In this document: positions 61,789 to 64,000 of the stretch, one piece after another | Position numbering within the stretch: the first letter of the stretch is position 1 | Layout: the number at the start of each line of letters is the position of its first letter | Assembly: GCA_047495785.1 (NCBI GenBank) | Contig: JBLDXI010000019.1 | Location: 2,914,001 to 2,978,000, forward strand | Origin: Lepidodermella squamata | Lineage: Eukaryota; Animalia; Gastrotricha | Direction: 5' to 3' | Length of the DNA stretch: 64,000 nt | Translations under genes and position numbers: made by a program | Notes under the pieces: model-generated | The model's database searches: none | Seen by the model: only the letters and a program-made list of their open reading frames with translations | Told to the model about the DNA's origin: nothing

Positions 61789-64000
61789 ATGTTGACTGAC
61801 CTCGGCTATCACTGTTATTCTTACCTATTCGGAATTGAGGTCCATAAGTATTCCATCACGGACTTGGATGTCTTACAATCTGGATTGGGATGGGAAACCG
61901 AAGACGATGACGATGAAGGTGGTCATCAAATCGTCGCACTTCTGACCAAGATTCAGCTCAGTTTTGAGTCTGTAGCTCAGCAAATTAAGGCAACTTTTCC
62001 AGATCGGTAATTTCCATTTATTTCCATGAAAATTTATTGCAATCTGTTAATAATAATATTATTAATTTGAAGAGATCACGTTCGAGTTGAATGCCACCAC
62101 GAAGCCCTGCACACCCCATTCTTAACCTCTTATATTGAAGTAAAGGAATTATCCGGAGCTCTGATTCTAAACCAGGCCAACTCGGTTTTACAATCTAGGC
62201 TGTGCGCAACAATGGAAGGGGGTAATTAATTAATTTAAAAAATCAGAAAATTCAAATAAAATAATTATTACTATTTTTAATATTAAAAAGGTTGGACGTT
62301 TTCTGTCTTCAGAATCAAGACTAGTGCATTGGAAGAAGACGAACTAGCCCTAGGGGCTGGTCAGCCGAAGAAAAAGCGACGTTTAGAGCAGACATTGGTC
62401 GATTTTATACTGTCTCACAGATCGGTTCTGTTCATAGACAATGACGATCGCTTGTGCCTATTCAGAGCCATTGTTCACGCTCTAGCTTACCGTGATTTTA
62501 ATGAGCCGAGGGCTGGTCATGAACGTCACGGAAATTTCGAACTATTGCGTCCCTATTATTCGAAAGATCGCGATGCATTAACACCATTGGCAATCCAAGA
62601 GCGAGCAGTAGCATTCGAATACGAAGGGCAATTGGCTAAGCAGCTGATGGAGACTGCTGGTATTGATGGAAATAAAGATCGCTATGGCATCACGGATTTT
62701 AAAAAAGCTGTTGAAACAATAGGGCTACCGTATCGTGGTAAATTCTGGTACCTGAATACTATTTCGACCCCTTACTAATTCTAAGAATTTAATTTTCTCA
62801 GGGATTATTTACAACTTCAAAACGAAACAGGTTGTCGCAATTCATCCTCCGGCAACTGTTGAAATAGCTGACGAGCGAAAAATTTACATTGGTTTTATCA
62901 GTAGTCAAACTATTGCTTCACATGTCGAAGGAGGCGTAGGGTCGTTCGAAAGTGTCGGACACTACGTCGGCCTAACTGGTATTTCTAACATATCAGGCGG
63001 AAAAATCATGTGCCCATACTGCTTCATGCTCCATAAGAAAAATTCCGTAGCGCATAAATGCAGTCGAAAGTGCAATAGGTGCCAAACCGTTGGGGCAGAT
63101 TGTAAAAGCAGTCGAGAGCGGGACATAATATGTCGTGGCTCTTGCGGACTATATTACCATGGAAAGCAGTGCTATGAAGCTCATGTCAAGGTGAACCCAA
63201 CTACTGGAAAATCAATCTGCGATTCTTTCTTCATGTGCAGCAAATGTGGAAGAACGTTGCCGGCGAAAGCTCGAAAAAAGCACAAATGTACGTGGTTGCG
63301 CAATTCGAAGCATGCTCAGGGAAATTTAATCTTTTAGGTGAAATTCGAAACTGCCGTGTCTGTAAAGGTGATTTGCCTCCACGCGACGAGTCTGCACCGC
63401 ACGAGTGCGTTATTCAACCTGGTAGGATTGGGAAAGTAAAGCCGAGGTTGCTTGCGTTGTTTGATTTCGAGACAATTCGAGGCAACGATGGCACCCTGAT
63501 ACCTGTAGTTGTTTGTCTCAATTTCTTTTGCGAATCTTGCAAATTCCTACCGAGCTCTGACAAATGTCCCGCAAATTGTACTAATGATGATCCACGCACT
63601 CACTCATTTGTCTCTGACGGAAGTGACAATTCTTGCGTTAACAAGCTAATGCGGTACATTCTTCAGGAGCAGTTCAGAGGTCTCTTCCTGTTGTCTCACA
63701 ATGGAGCTCGGTAATTTTAATTTCGAAAAACACTTTAGTTTTGAGATTTATTTCCCTACTATTACTATAACAAGCTTCGATCACATGTTCATCATGGCTT
63801 GGCTGCAGAGACATGAATACCAATTTGAAACTATCCACCACAACAATAGTGTCATGGAGATCAAAGTTGAAGGCAGCATTGTATTTCGCGACTTTTACTT
63901 GCTAACAATGACGAGTTTGGCAGCGCTTTTCAAAGCATTTGACCTACAAAATGAAGACATTACTGGGAAGCAATTTTTTCCCTACAACCTGTTGACGCCC
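61789..64000 (+). CDS. polB: Protein-primed family B DNA polymerase (Polinton type), 5' part; join(61789..62006,62073..62221,62291..62737,62802..63287,63338..63710,63775..>64000)
   Basis: IDNDDRLCLFRAI...GHY (OTU-like protease), Cys/His-rich region, ExoI LFDFET, ExoII HNGARFD, FRD...L..L.KAFDL...KQFFPY; five frame-preserving introns; true start may lie further upstream. Confidence 0.92.

Larger units (their letters stand above)
56908..64000. mobile_element. Left arm of a Maverick/Polinton-like element (runs off the window)
   Basis: Begins AGTAGT (typical Polinton terminus), then a ~500-bp non-coding motif-repeat region, compact genes separated by simple repeats, and a protein-primed PolB; right TIR and TSD not visible. 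Confidence 0.8.

Overview
Eukaryotic (invertebrate animal) genomic DNA with short GT-AG introns; no rRNA, tRNA or CRISPR features were recognised. 1) 3-33 kb: a tandem array of death-fold-like/NB-ARC/ankyrin STAND (NLR-like) genes (2 intact, 2 fragments); the two intact genes are each paired tail-to-tail with an intronless GABA-B-type class C GPCR. The array is interrupted by a 12.5 kb CMC/EnSpm transposon (4166-16651) carrying a transposase, a BEN-domain gene with 8 symmetric micro-exons, RING-like fragments, a nested Tc1-type MITE and a Sola2-like transposase with a double-hairpin junction. 2) 33-53 kb: secreted Cys-rich genes and duplicated four-domain C-type lectin genes, plus a piggyBac MITE and an intact MULE. 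3) 56.9-64 kb: the left arm of a Maverick/Polinton-like element with an intron-containing protein-primed DNA polymerase B and unusual cargo: a divergent TATA-binding protein, an F-box-like/ankyrin protein, coiled-coil proteins and a repeat micro-protein. The TBP-bearing Polinton is the strongest candidate for a novel system. All family calls are by manual motif recognition; no database searches were run.
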